In this document: positions 36,627-45,600 of the stretch, piece after piece
Numbering within the stretch: the stretch's first letter is position 1
How the letters are laid out: every line of letters starts with the position of its first letter
Virus record (IMG/VR): IMGVR_UViG_3300028887_000068
Span: 160,001 to 224,000 of that record
Source: a virus
Taxonomy: Duplodnaviria; Heunggongvirae; Uroviricota; Caudoviricetes
Direction: 5' to 3' (one strand)
DNA: 64,000 nt
Program-made: the position numbers and the translations under genes
The notes under the pieces: generated by a model
What the model saw: the letters and a program-made list of their open reading frames with translations, nothing else
The model's database searches: none
What the model was told of the DNA's origin: nothing

Positions 36627-37289
36627 CTACCTCAAAATCTTCATATACCTAATGAGGATTTTGTATTTCTCATGTTCGGTAAAGAGGATCGGGTAGATAA
36701 AATTGTCGTCGCTAGCTTCAATAGAGACATAACAGCCCTCTCTTACATTGGGCTTTGGAACAATCTTAGAGTCAATGTAAAGCACAGGGCCGAGAGTATC
36801 TTCTTCGCCCGGTCTGTAGAGATTCCCAGTTTCGAAGTTGTACTTGAGAACATCGAACTTGTCCGGTAAGTCAAGTACAGCCCATTCAAGCTGTTCTACC
36901 AAGGCGAAAGGATTGTCTTTTCGTTTATTCCCCCATGAGTGTTCCTTAAGAGCAACCCTTGTAGATGGGTCGTCCATAGTCGGAATCTTTGTGATAATCA
37001 CCTCTCCGTTATCTCGTCTGATGTCGGTGATAACATTCGGTTTCTTCAATTCCTTCAGAGTTGCCATCGGAACAGAGAAAAACCAGTCAGCCCCAACTTC
37101 AGGAGCAAGCAGAGAATGGTCATTGTTAGCCACAAAGATCTCTGTAATCCCACGTTCCTTGGAGAAGATGCAAGAGGCATAATCACCCTCGAAGGTGACT
37201 GTCTCAGGCTTCTCTCCGAAGGAGTTGGTGAGTTTGTAAATAGTCTCAAAGACCTTTTTGGCGGATTTTGACACAGATTGTATAGCCAT
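36627..37289 (-). CDS. hypothetical early protein
   Basis: AAGGAG RBS; early motif at 37310-37321. Confidence 0.75.
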   Translation of the reverse strand: MAIQSVSKSAKKVFETIYKLTNSFGEKPETVTFEGDYASCIFSKERGITEIFVANNDHSLLAPEVGADWFFSVPMATLKELKKPNVITDIRRDNGEVIITKIPTMDDPSTRVALKEHSWGNKRKDNPFALVEQLEWAVLDLPDKFDVLKYNFETGNLYRPGEEDTLGPVLYIDSKIVPKPNVREGCYVSIEASDDNFIYPILFTEHEKYKILIRYMKILR

Positions 37290-37309
37290 AAATCTCCTTG
37301 TGTGACTAT

Positions 37310-37321
37310 TTCTTTATATAC
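37310..37321 (-). promoter_or_regulatory. putative early promoter GTATATAAAGAA
   Basis: Identical to 22680-22691. Confidence 0.6.
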
Positions 37322-37323
37322 TG

Positions 37324-38775
37324 CTAATCCCTTATTACTTCTTTCGCAAGAGTTTCTACAATTATCTTGCGTCTACGGTTGAAGTTGCTCTTCGTCTTGG
37401 GGAAAGAGATATCAAAGATATCGTAGACAAAGTACGGAGTCGGATGGTCTACTCTTCCACGGATACGACCAAGTACCTGTGTAAGCTGAATGTCGCTGGT
37501 AATTGGAACAGTGAGAATGAGATTATCGATGGCGCTATCAGTAGCACTGTCCATAGACTTCTCCGTGGATAGGATAATCTTCTTCTTGAGCTCTAAGATA
37601 CGAGTCTTGGTAGAAATCATAGAAGTAAAGTTACCAATCGGAATCTCAGGATAGTCCGTAGTGAGACCATCATAGAGCCACTGAACGAGATCGAGAGTAC
37701 CAACTAAGATAGCGATCTGTCCATCCGGGTTTACCTTAAGAATCTCATCAATAGCGGTTTTGATCTTTTCATAGAGCGCTAACTGTGCCTCTTCGCACTC
37801 CATGAGATACCCGCAGTATACACTCATTCTAACACCGACAACATTGTTGAACTGCTTAGCCCAACCGCTACAGGAAGGTGTCGTGAATGGTCTCGGACAG
37901 TAGGTGATAATCTTCTTATCAGCAACATAGACGTTACTGCGGAATGTATCCATCTCTGGTACGATATACTTGAAGATCTTGTTTTCCTTATAGTCAACAC
38001 GACCGAGAGTTGCAGTAAGGTATAGTGTATACGGCACACAAGATAGCATGTTGATATAGAACACGCTGAGGAGTTCCTTATGGGCTTCGTCAACAATGTT
38101 CATACCGATTCCAAGATCAGCGTACATGTTTCTGATGATTTCTTCGCCGTCGGCGCGTCTTGCAAGTACTTCGAATGTACGATGAACACAGATAAAAATC
38201 TTGTACTTATCTTTGTTTTTGATAGCCTTCGGGATACTATCGGCACCTTGAATTACACAGATTTCGTCACGCTGAATATCAGTGAATTCTAGAATGTCTT
38301 TAATCCACGGTGTTTCAATCATCGTTACTTTGTGAACAAAGATACACGCCTTCACGCTAAGTCTAGATGCAGCACACAAAGCGAGGAATGTCTTTCCGGA
38401 TCCTGTCGGAAGGTCAAGCACACGAATTCTTGTTTTAAATCTGTTCAGGGAGTCGAACATGTAGTCCAGTGCTTCTCGCTGAAGGTCATCTTTAGGTGTG
38501 TACTTCATGTTGATGCGAACAGCCGGAGCTTTGATAAACGCATTATCATTATCCTGATTGTCTACTTGAAGACTGTTATTGTAAACAAGAAACTTCCTTG
38601 GGATGAATCTTGGGAGAATAAGATCTCCGTTAGATCTTTCCAAGATAGCTGTCCAGAGAATCTTGGGCCACTTACAGTAGCTATCGTAGACAGCCAAGAC
38701 AGACTTTAAGAATTTCTTGGTTTTCTCCGATACGTCAGAGATAATGAGTCTGAAAGGTTCTATTGTTAGTTTCAT
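37324..38775 (-). CDS. uvsW: SF2 helicase, UvsW-like
   Basis: Q motif, LPTGSGKT, VDEAH, LTAT, QVLGRIR; AAGGAG RBS before ATG 38775. Confidence 0.8.
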   Translation of the reverse strand: MKLTIEPFRLIISDVSEKTKKFLKSVLAVYDSYCKWPKILWTAILERSNGDLILPRFIPRKFLVYNNSLQVDNQDNDNAFIKAPAVRINMKYTPKDDLQREALDYMFDSLNRFKTRIRVLDLPTGSGKTFLALCAASRLSVKACIFVHKVTMIETPWIKDILEFTDIQRDEICVIQGADSIPKAIKNKDKYKIFICVHRTFEVLARRADGEEIIRNMYADLGIGMNIVDEAHKELLSVFYINMLSCVPYTLYLTATLGRVDYKENKIFKYIVPEMDTFRSNVYVADKKIITYCPRPFTTPSCSGWAKQFNNVVGVRMSVYCGYLMECEEAQLALYEKIKTAIDEILKVNPDGQIAILVGTLDLVQWLYDGLTTDYPEIPIGNFTSMISTKTRILELKKKIILSTEKSMDSATDSAIDNLILTVPITSDIQLTQVLGRIRGRVDHPTPYFVYDIFDISFPKTKSNFNRRRKIIVETLAKEVIRD

Positions 38776-38786
38776 ATACGCTCCTT

Positions 38787-38799
38787 GCAATGTTTAGTT
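38787..38799 (-). promoter_or_regulatory. AACT-class promoter (AACTaaacATTGC)
   Basis: Directly abuts RBS. Confidence 0.7.
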
Positions 38800-38890
38800 A
38801 GGAATAAGCCTCTATGACTGTTTTTCTGTTTGTTTTTTTATTTTTAATAAAAGAGAAAAAAAAACAAATCTCCGCGAGGGAGATTTATTC

Positions 38891-39127
38891 TTAAATGGGT
38901 TTTAATAACAACATCTTATCAGCGACAGAGTTGAAGTTAGGCTTAGAGATGACTTCATCATCCATCTGCAGCTCGATGATGTCTTTATAGTATACTTGCA
39001 TCGGAGTGCCATTAGTGGTCTTGAACGTAAAGTAGTCCTGCATTGCGATGAAGGAATCGGCAGCAACAGAGTAGACGTTCGGAAGAGTAGAATAGCCTTT
39101 AGTCTTTAAACGAAGTTCGCAGATCAT
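38891..39127 (-). CDS. small beta-rich hypothetical protein
   Basis: GGAGG RBS, ATGA overlap. Confidence 0.7.
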   Translation of the reverse strand: MICELRLKTKGYSTLPNVYSVAADSFIAMQDYFTFKTTNGTPMQVYYKDIIELQMDDEVISKPNFNSVADKMLLLKPI

Positions 39128-39618
39128 CTTACCTCCAGATTCTTTAAGACTCTTTCCATCTTTTCATAATCGTATTCATCAATGTCGAGTATCTCACCAT
39201 CGATAGACATTTCAAGGATCTCGTCATAACGGAACATGTTGCTAGCAAATCTGAAGTCACGGATGGTAAGATTCTCCGGATTAGCAGTAAACATCACAGA
39301 AGAGAATGTCTGACAGCACTCTTGACAACTACGGAAGAAACGAATGGTACAACTGTGTCCTATCTTATTCGGGATCTGTCCTTTGTAAGACGGATACGAG
39401 CATGAATCAAGGAGAGCTTCTACATTCTTCGGGAAAGGTCTATCAAGAACATTGTTATCTATCCTTAGATAAATGATATCACGAACACGAGTGGATATCT
39501 TTACTTTCCCAGAATGTTCGATCTCTAGTACGTCGCCGAACAAAATGACGTCACCTAGACCAGTGAACTCGCTCTTCACGCCGTATAAGTTGTATTTTAT
39601 TTGGATAGAGTGCAGCAT
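39124..39618 (-). CDS. hypothetical protein with two similar beta-rich domains
   Basis: AAGGAG RBS; internal repeat DII.LRIDN.VL / DEILEMSIDGEIL. Confidence 0.7.
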   Translation of the reverse strand: MLHSIQIKYNLYGVKSEFTGLGDVILFGDVLEIEHSGKVKISTRVRDIIYLRIDNNVLDRPFPKNVEALLDSCSYPSYKGQIPNKIGHSCTIRFFRSCQECCQTFSSVMFTANPENLTIRDFRFASNMFRYDEILEMSIDGEILDIDEYDYEKMERVLKNLEVR

Positions 39619-39630
39619 AATCTCTCCTTT

Positions 39631-39669
39631 TCATTAGGAAGTTACCCTATGGTGTCAACTAGTTAATGA
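39631..39669. promoter_or_regulatory. divergent AACT-class promoter pair
   Basis: AACTtcctAATGA (-) and AACTagttAATGA (+), 13 bp apart. Confidence 0.8.
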
Positions 39670-39699
39670 TGTTTGCATACTTCAAAAGGAGATCTCATT

Positions 39700-40119
39700 A
39701 TGCAGATTCAACTTACTTGGAAAGAACACGGCAATAACTTTGCTGGTGTTTATGAATTCTCTTCTATGGAAGCACAGCATGACTTCCTCGTTCTTCGTAC
39801 TAGTGCTGGTACTGTTACGGTTCCGTACAAGTGCATGACAGGTGCCATTGTTGGTACTAATGACGCTATGACTATCTTCAATCAGGAAGCTTTTGCCGAC
39901 GAGATTACTGATTTGCTGACAGAAGACAAGAAGTTCCCTGAACTTCCGTCTACTCAGATCGAAGACCTCGAACCGACATATCCGGATACGGACACTAAAC
40001 CGGACAAGACTCCGGCTGAGGCACAGGAAACGAATGGAACGCAGACTCAGGGTGGCTCTGATCCGGCACCGAGCGGTGAAGGTGGTCAAGGAGCTGGCGG
40101 TTCTGATCCGAATACCTAA
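39700..40119 (+). CDS. hypothetical protein, small beta domain plus disordered acidic tail
   Basis: AAGGAG RBS before ATG 39700. Confidence 0.75.
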   Translation: MQIQLTWKEHGNNFAGVYEFSSMEAQHDFLVLRTSAGTVTVPYKCMTGAIVGTNDAMTIFNQEAFADEITDLLTEDKKFPELPSTQIEDLEPTYPDTDTKPDKTPAEAQETNGTQTQGGSDPAPSGEGGQGAGGSDPNT

Positions 40120-40144
40120 GGCCAAAATTCTTTTGCCATTAAAG

Positions 40145-40183
40145 AAATATTCTCTATACCTAAGTGGTATAGAGAATATTTTT
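40145..40183. terminator. bidirectional terminator
   Basis: aaatattctctatacc-taagt-ggtatagagaatattt. Confidence 0.8.
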
Positions 40184-41858
40184 AATACGCTTCGGTAGGA
40201 ACTGTGAAGTCTGTAGTCCACTTGCAAGCCTTGCAGACTGCAAGCTGAGCCCAAAGGCCACATATTCCATTGCCTTCGCCTGATTCAAAGCTGGTTATGA
40301 GAATTTTTGACGGCATTAGTCCTATCCACTCGTCTAATGTCTTAGTAACAGAGTTTTCGTTCGTTATGGTTGTGCTTAAAGCTAGAGTAGCGTATAATTT
40401 TCCATCGACGAATACATATAGATTACTCGTATCTACAGTTACAGCAAAATGATGCCAAGATGCGATCCAAGTTGTAAAATATGGGCCGCCTTGTGCAGAA
40501 TCAGGATTTATTCCATCTGGTTCAAAACCTAATAATTTATGGTCATCTGTATATTCATCAGTTAGATATAAGCCAATATGGGTATCATTAGGATCTTCTG
40601 AGTCAAGGAACCTTGATATCTTTAAAGCTAAATGTAGTTCATTAGGATCTTCAGGTCTATATTTAGCAGCCCCGATATAGAAAATAAAATTATGATTAAA
40701 TTCATAAGGTTCACGACATGCAAAGAATGTTTCTACAGTAAATGGGGTAGATATATTGCCAGAATCAAATGAGAACGCTAAATCAGTATGCCACCCGTAA
40801 TCGCAGGTTACTGTAGCAACTGGTGTACCAGAACTAATACCATATTTGCTGCAATCTATTGGGCTTCTATTATCCACTAAGGTAGCTCCAGCAGTAGTAT
40901 CGTCAAACATAGATAAATTGGAATCCCATTGGTATAAGTCATCATACCAATCATTAGGAACGGTCGTTACCCATTGACCATTATCAGGCGTACCTATACT
41001 ATGTCCACTTATAAAATTCTGAAGAAGCACATATTCAACACCTTCACTTGGCGGGTCAATGAATTTGTCTATCCGCCAACATTGTCCAACTACACACAGC
41101 TGATAGCATTCGCCCGGTAATACAGTTAATGTATTTCCAGTAACCGGACAGTGTAAAGTTTCGACACCAGCATGCTCGGTAGCATTAATCGTCCAAGTTA
41201 CATTTATTTTTAGCGTTTCGATTGATGCACCTGGATCAATATGGATGTCGATAACAAAGTTAGGGAAGTCGTGAGTGCTGCTTGTTGTTACATTAAAGGT
41301 GATATTATTACAGGAGTCAACAGTAACGTTCCTATAAGAATTATTATCGATTTCGATTGTGGCATCGTCAGGCTTATTGTTAAACCATTTTAACGGCGTG
41401 ACATACTTCCAGTCATATCCGTTTTCGGTCTTGGTCAATACTTGGCCAGCTTCTCCTCCGGTTGGAAGATCTGAACCGCCACCAACTGGTTTTCCGCCAA
41501 TCTCGGTGACTTTATCTTCTTCGATAGTCAAAGTTAAGGAGTTACCATTTTCATCCTTCTTAGCTCTTTCCGCTAAAAGACTCTTGCCGTTGATTCCTGA
41601 AACGAAAGTTACTGAATTAGAATCGCCGATAGCCTCATTACTAGAGTCAAGGATATCATCACCGTTAGAATCTTGGATACTACTGCTGACTGTAGTTTCA
41701 GTAATACTAACAGAAGAGCCACCGCCAACTGGTTTTCCGCCAATCTCGGTGACTTTATCTTCTTCGATAGTCAAAGTTAAGGAGTTACCATTTTCATCCT
41801 TCTTAGCTCTTTCAGCCAGCAAACCTGCGTTGCCGAAGCCATTAATAAATTCGCTCAT
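40182..41858 (-). CDS. receptor-binding/tail fibre protein with C-terminal LamG (ConA-like) domain
   Basis: GGEAGQVLTKT...YDW fibre motif; FTVETF, WHHFAVT...YVFVDGK, W..DFTVPTEAY. Confidence 0.7.
   Translation of the reverse strand: MSEFINGFGNAGLLAERAKKDENGNSLTLTIEEDKVTEIGGKPVGGGSSVSITETTVSSSIQDSNGDDILDSSNEAIGDSNSVTFVSGINGKSLLAERAKKDENGNSLTLTIEEDKVTEIGGKPVGGGSDLPTGGEAGQVLTKTENGYDWKYVTPLKWFNNKPDDATIEIDNNSYRNVTVDSCNNITFNVTTSSTHDFPNFVIDIHIDPGASIETLKINVTWTINATEHAGVETLHCPVTGNTLTVLPGECYQLCVVGQCWRIDKFIDPPSEGVEYVLLQNFISGHSIGTPDNGQWVTTVPNDWYDDLYQWDSNLSMFDDTTAGATLVDNRSPIDCSKYGISSGTPVATVTCDYGWHTDLAFSFDSGNISTPFTVETFFACREPYEFNHNFIFYIGAAKYRPEDPNELHLALKISRFLDSEDPNDTHIGLYLTDEYTDDHKLLGFEPDGINPDSAQGGPYFTTWIASWHHFAVTVDTSNLYVFVDGKLYATLALSTTITNENSVTKTLDEWIGLMPSKILITSFESGEGNGICGLWAQLAVCKACKWTTDFTVPTEAY
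41482..41813. repeat. 89-bp perfect direct repeat, two copies 243 bp apart
   Basis: 41482-41570 identical to 41725-41813; encodes ERAKKDENGNSLTLTIEEDKVTEIGGKPVG. Confidence 0.9.
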
Positions 41859-41883
41859 ATAGAAAATCTCCTATAGATATTAG

Positions 41884-41896
41884 ACAATTAGGAGTT
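41884..41896 (-). promoter_or_regulatory. AACT-class promoter (AACTcctaATTGT)
   Basis: Between terminator and RBS; near-identical to 42578-42590. Confidence 0.65.
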
Positions 41897-41942
41897 TGTG
41901 CTATAAAAAAGTACTAACCATTACTGGTTAGCACCTTAAAAT

Positions 41943-42551
41943 TTAGTCATAATACGAATCCATAGGGATAAGAATAGCTTGCTTTCCAAAAATTCTAAAA
42001 GCAAACAAATTTTTAATGCTTGTAGTTGAAATACTACTAGGAGGATTAGACTTTAGCTGAGCAAAATTGTTGATATAATTTTTGATGTACTCTTTGATAT
42101 TGAATAAGGGTAAATCTTCCCTATCTGGCATTTCGGCATATATAGCTAAAGAATCTTGTAGTTTATATTCTCCGACTGTCTGAATCACAATATCATAGTA
42201 ATCATTAGCTTCAATGGCAGGAAGTTTTACAAATATCCCACATAGATCGTATCCTTCTGAAGAAGGAGCTGTTAATTGGCTAATGTCTATAAAGTACATA
42301 GTATTGTTTTGAACTTCTAGGTCAATATGATCGCCGTATATGTCTGCGTTCGTTAGAGTTTTATTAACGACTGTGTACTTTCCGCTTCCTCCGCTGCTTC
42401 CGCCAAATTCACTAAACGGAATATTGATATCAGTCGTAGCACCATCAGCAGTGGTCTTGCCCTGAGCTAAGATAGTAGCTGTTTCTTTAAACTTGGCTTT
42501 TTGTTCGGCTGTAAGTTCGCTAAGTTTTTTGTATGAGCTGGCTTGGGCCAT
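41943..42551 (-). CDS. tail fibre-associated hypothetical protein
   Basis: GAGG RBS, GGSSGGSG linker, AT-rich. Confidence 0.65.
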   Translation of the reverse strand: MAQASSYKKLSELTAEQKAKFKETATILAQGKTTADGATTDINIPFSEFGGSSGGSGKYTVVNKTLTNADIYGDHIDLEVQNNTMYFIDISQLTAPSSEGYDLCGIFVKLPAIEANDYYDIVIQTVGEYKLQDSLAIYAEMPDREDLPLFNIKEYIKNYINNFAQLKSNPPSSISTTSIKNLFAFRIFGKQAILIPMDSYYD

Positions 42552-42577
42552 ATAAACCTCTCATGTTATAATGTTTA

Positions 42578-42590
42578 ACAATTTGGAGTT
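42578..42590 (-). promoter_or_regulatory. AACT-class promoter (AACTccaaATTGT)
   Basis: Downstream of terminator 42601-42627. Confidence 0.65.
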
Positions 42591-42633
42591 TAAGTATAAA
42601 AAGGACTAGCCTATGAAGCTAGTCCTTATAAAT

Positions 42634-45600
42634 TTAAGACACAATTGTAGTATTCATGGTAATCCAAGCATAAGTCGGTGTACCGTTAGTCATTGTACAA
42701 GTCAAGATATAACTACCATTACCTGACGGAGCTGGAGGGAGAGTCATCCGTGGCTTATCATCAGCTACAACTTGCCAAAGTGTATTTGCGCCAGTATAAG
42801 ACTGTGTTACAGAAGCTGTACCTTCATGCATCACATGCGCAATAAACTTGAAGTTCGTATGCTTTGCAGGGTCATTATCTGCTTGGCCAGTCGTACCATC
42901 ATTGAAGTAAGCATACCAAGCCGTGTTATCCTTTTCAACTACGCCAATATTAGAAATGAGGTTAAAGTTGATAGGAGTAGCATAAGAAGAGTCATAGATA
43001 TTGTATCCACTAATCTTGCCATGTTTAGTGATTCTACCGATATCAAGAGTAGCATTGATTTCTCTCATCTTGTATGTCTCGTCAGAATACAGACCCTTAG
43101 TAGAGAATCTAAGCTCAGTATCGAGAATACCAGTATTCACAGTAACGTTGCTGTTAACGAACTCGATTGCAGAATTGTCTACAAAGGTATCCGGAACTTC
43201 AATGCTAAACTGAGGATAGCATGGCTTTATTTCAGGAGACGAGATAAATGAAGGTTCATCATATACATTTCCGAGTACAGACGAACTGATAGCGCTCCTA
43301 CGTTTATACCCATAGTCTACTGAGAATAGGTGTGTTTCAACAATTATCTCTGAAGACGCAATAAAGCTACAATGGAAGAACGGGAGTCTATCAGCCGGGT
43401 TAGTGCCATTACCAATAGTCAGAGTATCTGCTATGATAGATAATCCGTTAGGGCCAATCGGATCAGACAAAGCAGCAGCACCTGAATCGTATGTCTTAAG
43501 GTATACTCTCGGTGCATTAGCATTAATACCTACGCAACCATAGAAACCACGCTGTGCGTTAAGTGTAAAATCAGCTTGATTTGTTGCATTAAGTCTTATG
43601 CTAGCTCCTGTCATTTTGAACTTAGAAAGATCAGCAATAATTTCGTCAGAATTAATTTCAATAGCAAATCGTTCAGTCGTAGTTGACGTAGATATATACG
43701 GAGATTTTGCTGCATCAGTATTGAACTGAACAAAGTATTTTGATTCCAAGACAATATCACAGGCAGCAAACCTACTGTTTTCATAGTACAAATATCCTTC
43801 AGTTTTCAGTCTGAAGGTGTTTGCACAAACACCGTAGACTTCCATGCGTTGACCGCACTGAGCAGAGAATACGCTATACCATGCCGTTTTAGTATAGTCT
43901 ACTATGTCATATTTGAAATCTCCAGTGACGTTACGAACGAACAAGAGTGTACCGCTATTATTGATACCACTGCTCATTTCGCTAGTATCGGGATACAGTT
44001 TCAGACTTCTGAAGTCATAGAATGAATAGACATTCTGATTTGAGCCCTTCGGAAGATTTGCGACTGTAACATCTAAGTTAAGGTTGCCCTGAATAGCAAG
44101 AATACCAGAAGTATTCTGTTGACCAGTAGCCTCCCAAATTTTCTTGGCATCAAGTGTAATATTAGAACCACCGTTTCCCAAGATATGAATAAGAATCGGA
44201 TAGTTGCTATGTTCCACCTTGCTGATAGCTCTGTACAAACCTTTCGGAGTGCAAACAGGAGTCTTTTCTGAGAGACCGTCATTAAGATCGATAGATGTTA
44301 CAGAGCTATACGGATGAATGTAGAATTCTCTAATCAGCTTATGGTCAAACGTTGCTGTAATCTTGCCAGTAGGCTTAATGTTGCCATTAGTATCCAGCGG
44401 AGGCTGATAATCAACAGAGGAGCCGATAGAAGAATTACAGAATCCTAAGATAATAAAGTTATCCCACGGATAGAGACGGAGTTCGCCATTGAGGAAGATA
44501 CCGCCAATACGACCTGCAATATTACCAGTAAAGTTAACACTGCCGCCATTCGTATAGAAAGCGATAGGCTTATAATAGACACCGTAATAGTTGCTTCCAT
44601 AGTTAAATACGCCGACGTCGATTAGCGCATACTGACCAGCTTTTTGATTACCATAAGGGCAAAGATGAAGCATGGTAGTATAGTTGTTCATCACATAGAC
44701 TGAATCAGCGTTGATAATAGCACTATACTTTGTATCAGTGTTTATATCTTTAGTTTCCCATCCAAGACCTGCGATTTTGTCATTGACGGAGGAGTTGCCA
44801 CCAACAATGATATAACCACCACCGCTACCTGTATACAAGGATACGCAGTCAATCTTAAGGAACATAGCCGAGATATATGCACCAGTTGAAATACAGACAT
44901 CACCATCAGAAGAAGAGTCATCTACACCAGTAGTCTTGATATAAATGGCATATGCCAGAACTTCATTGCCGCCATTTGCAACTTCAAACTTTCTGGCTCT
45001 AACATCCAAGAAGTCAAAATAGCTAATGCTGCTTCCATATGTCTTGGTACCAATCTTCTTGACGGATGAATTAAACTTAAGGTTTTCGCAAGTAATATGA
45101 ACTGATCTGTTTGAAGCAGCATTTGCTGGGAGGATGTTATTAATTTCAACATTTCCTTCAGACTTGATGATAACTTTCTTTCCGATAATATCAGGAAGAT
45201 TTGTCGTGCCAGATCCGCTGTATGTATTAATTAGGACTATTTTACCATTGATAGGCGGAACTGTTTCCCTAGAATTGGAGAATGTAATACGTTCCGCAGA
45301 AATTTTGATTCTTTCAGCACCAAGGATATATTCATTTGATGCGTCATTATTATAGAAATAGATTTCGCCAGCTTCAGAAGTGATGTTGATATTGGCATAA
45401 TTACCATCACCATAGTTTGTAATGGCAATTTGGTTCTGTATTTCAATATTACGGGTACTATGAATATTAACATCGCTATAAGAATCTATTTTAGGAAGAT
45501 ACCCAGATTCGCAAGTAAGATTAAATCTTCCGCAAGTAATAGCACTAGCCCTATGGGTCTGAAGCTTCCAGCAACTAACAAGACATTCACCAGTAACATT

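Noticed and set aside
41482-41813. Repeat pair as a DGR template/variable region
   Set aside because: Copies are identical with no adenine-specific mismatches, lie at the N-terminus, and no reverse transcriptase is in the window
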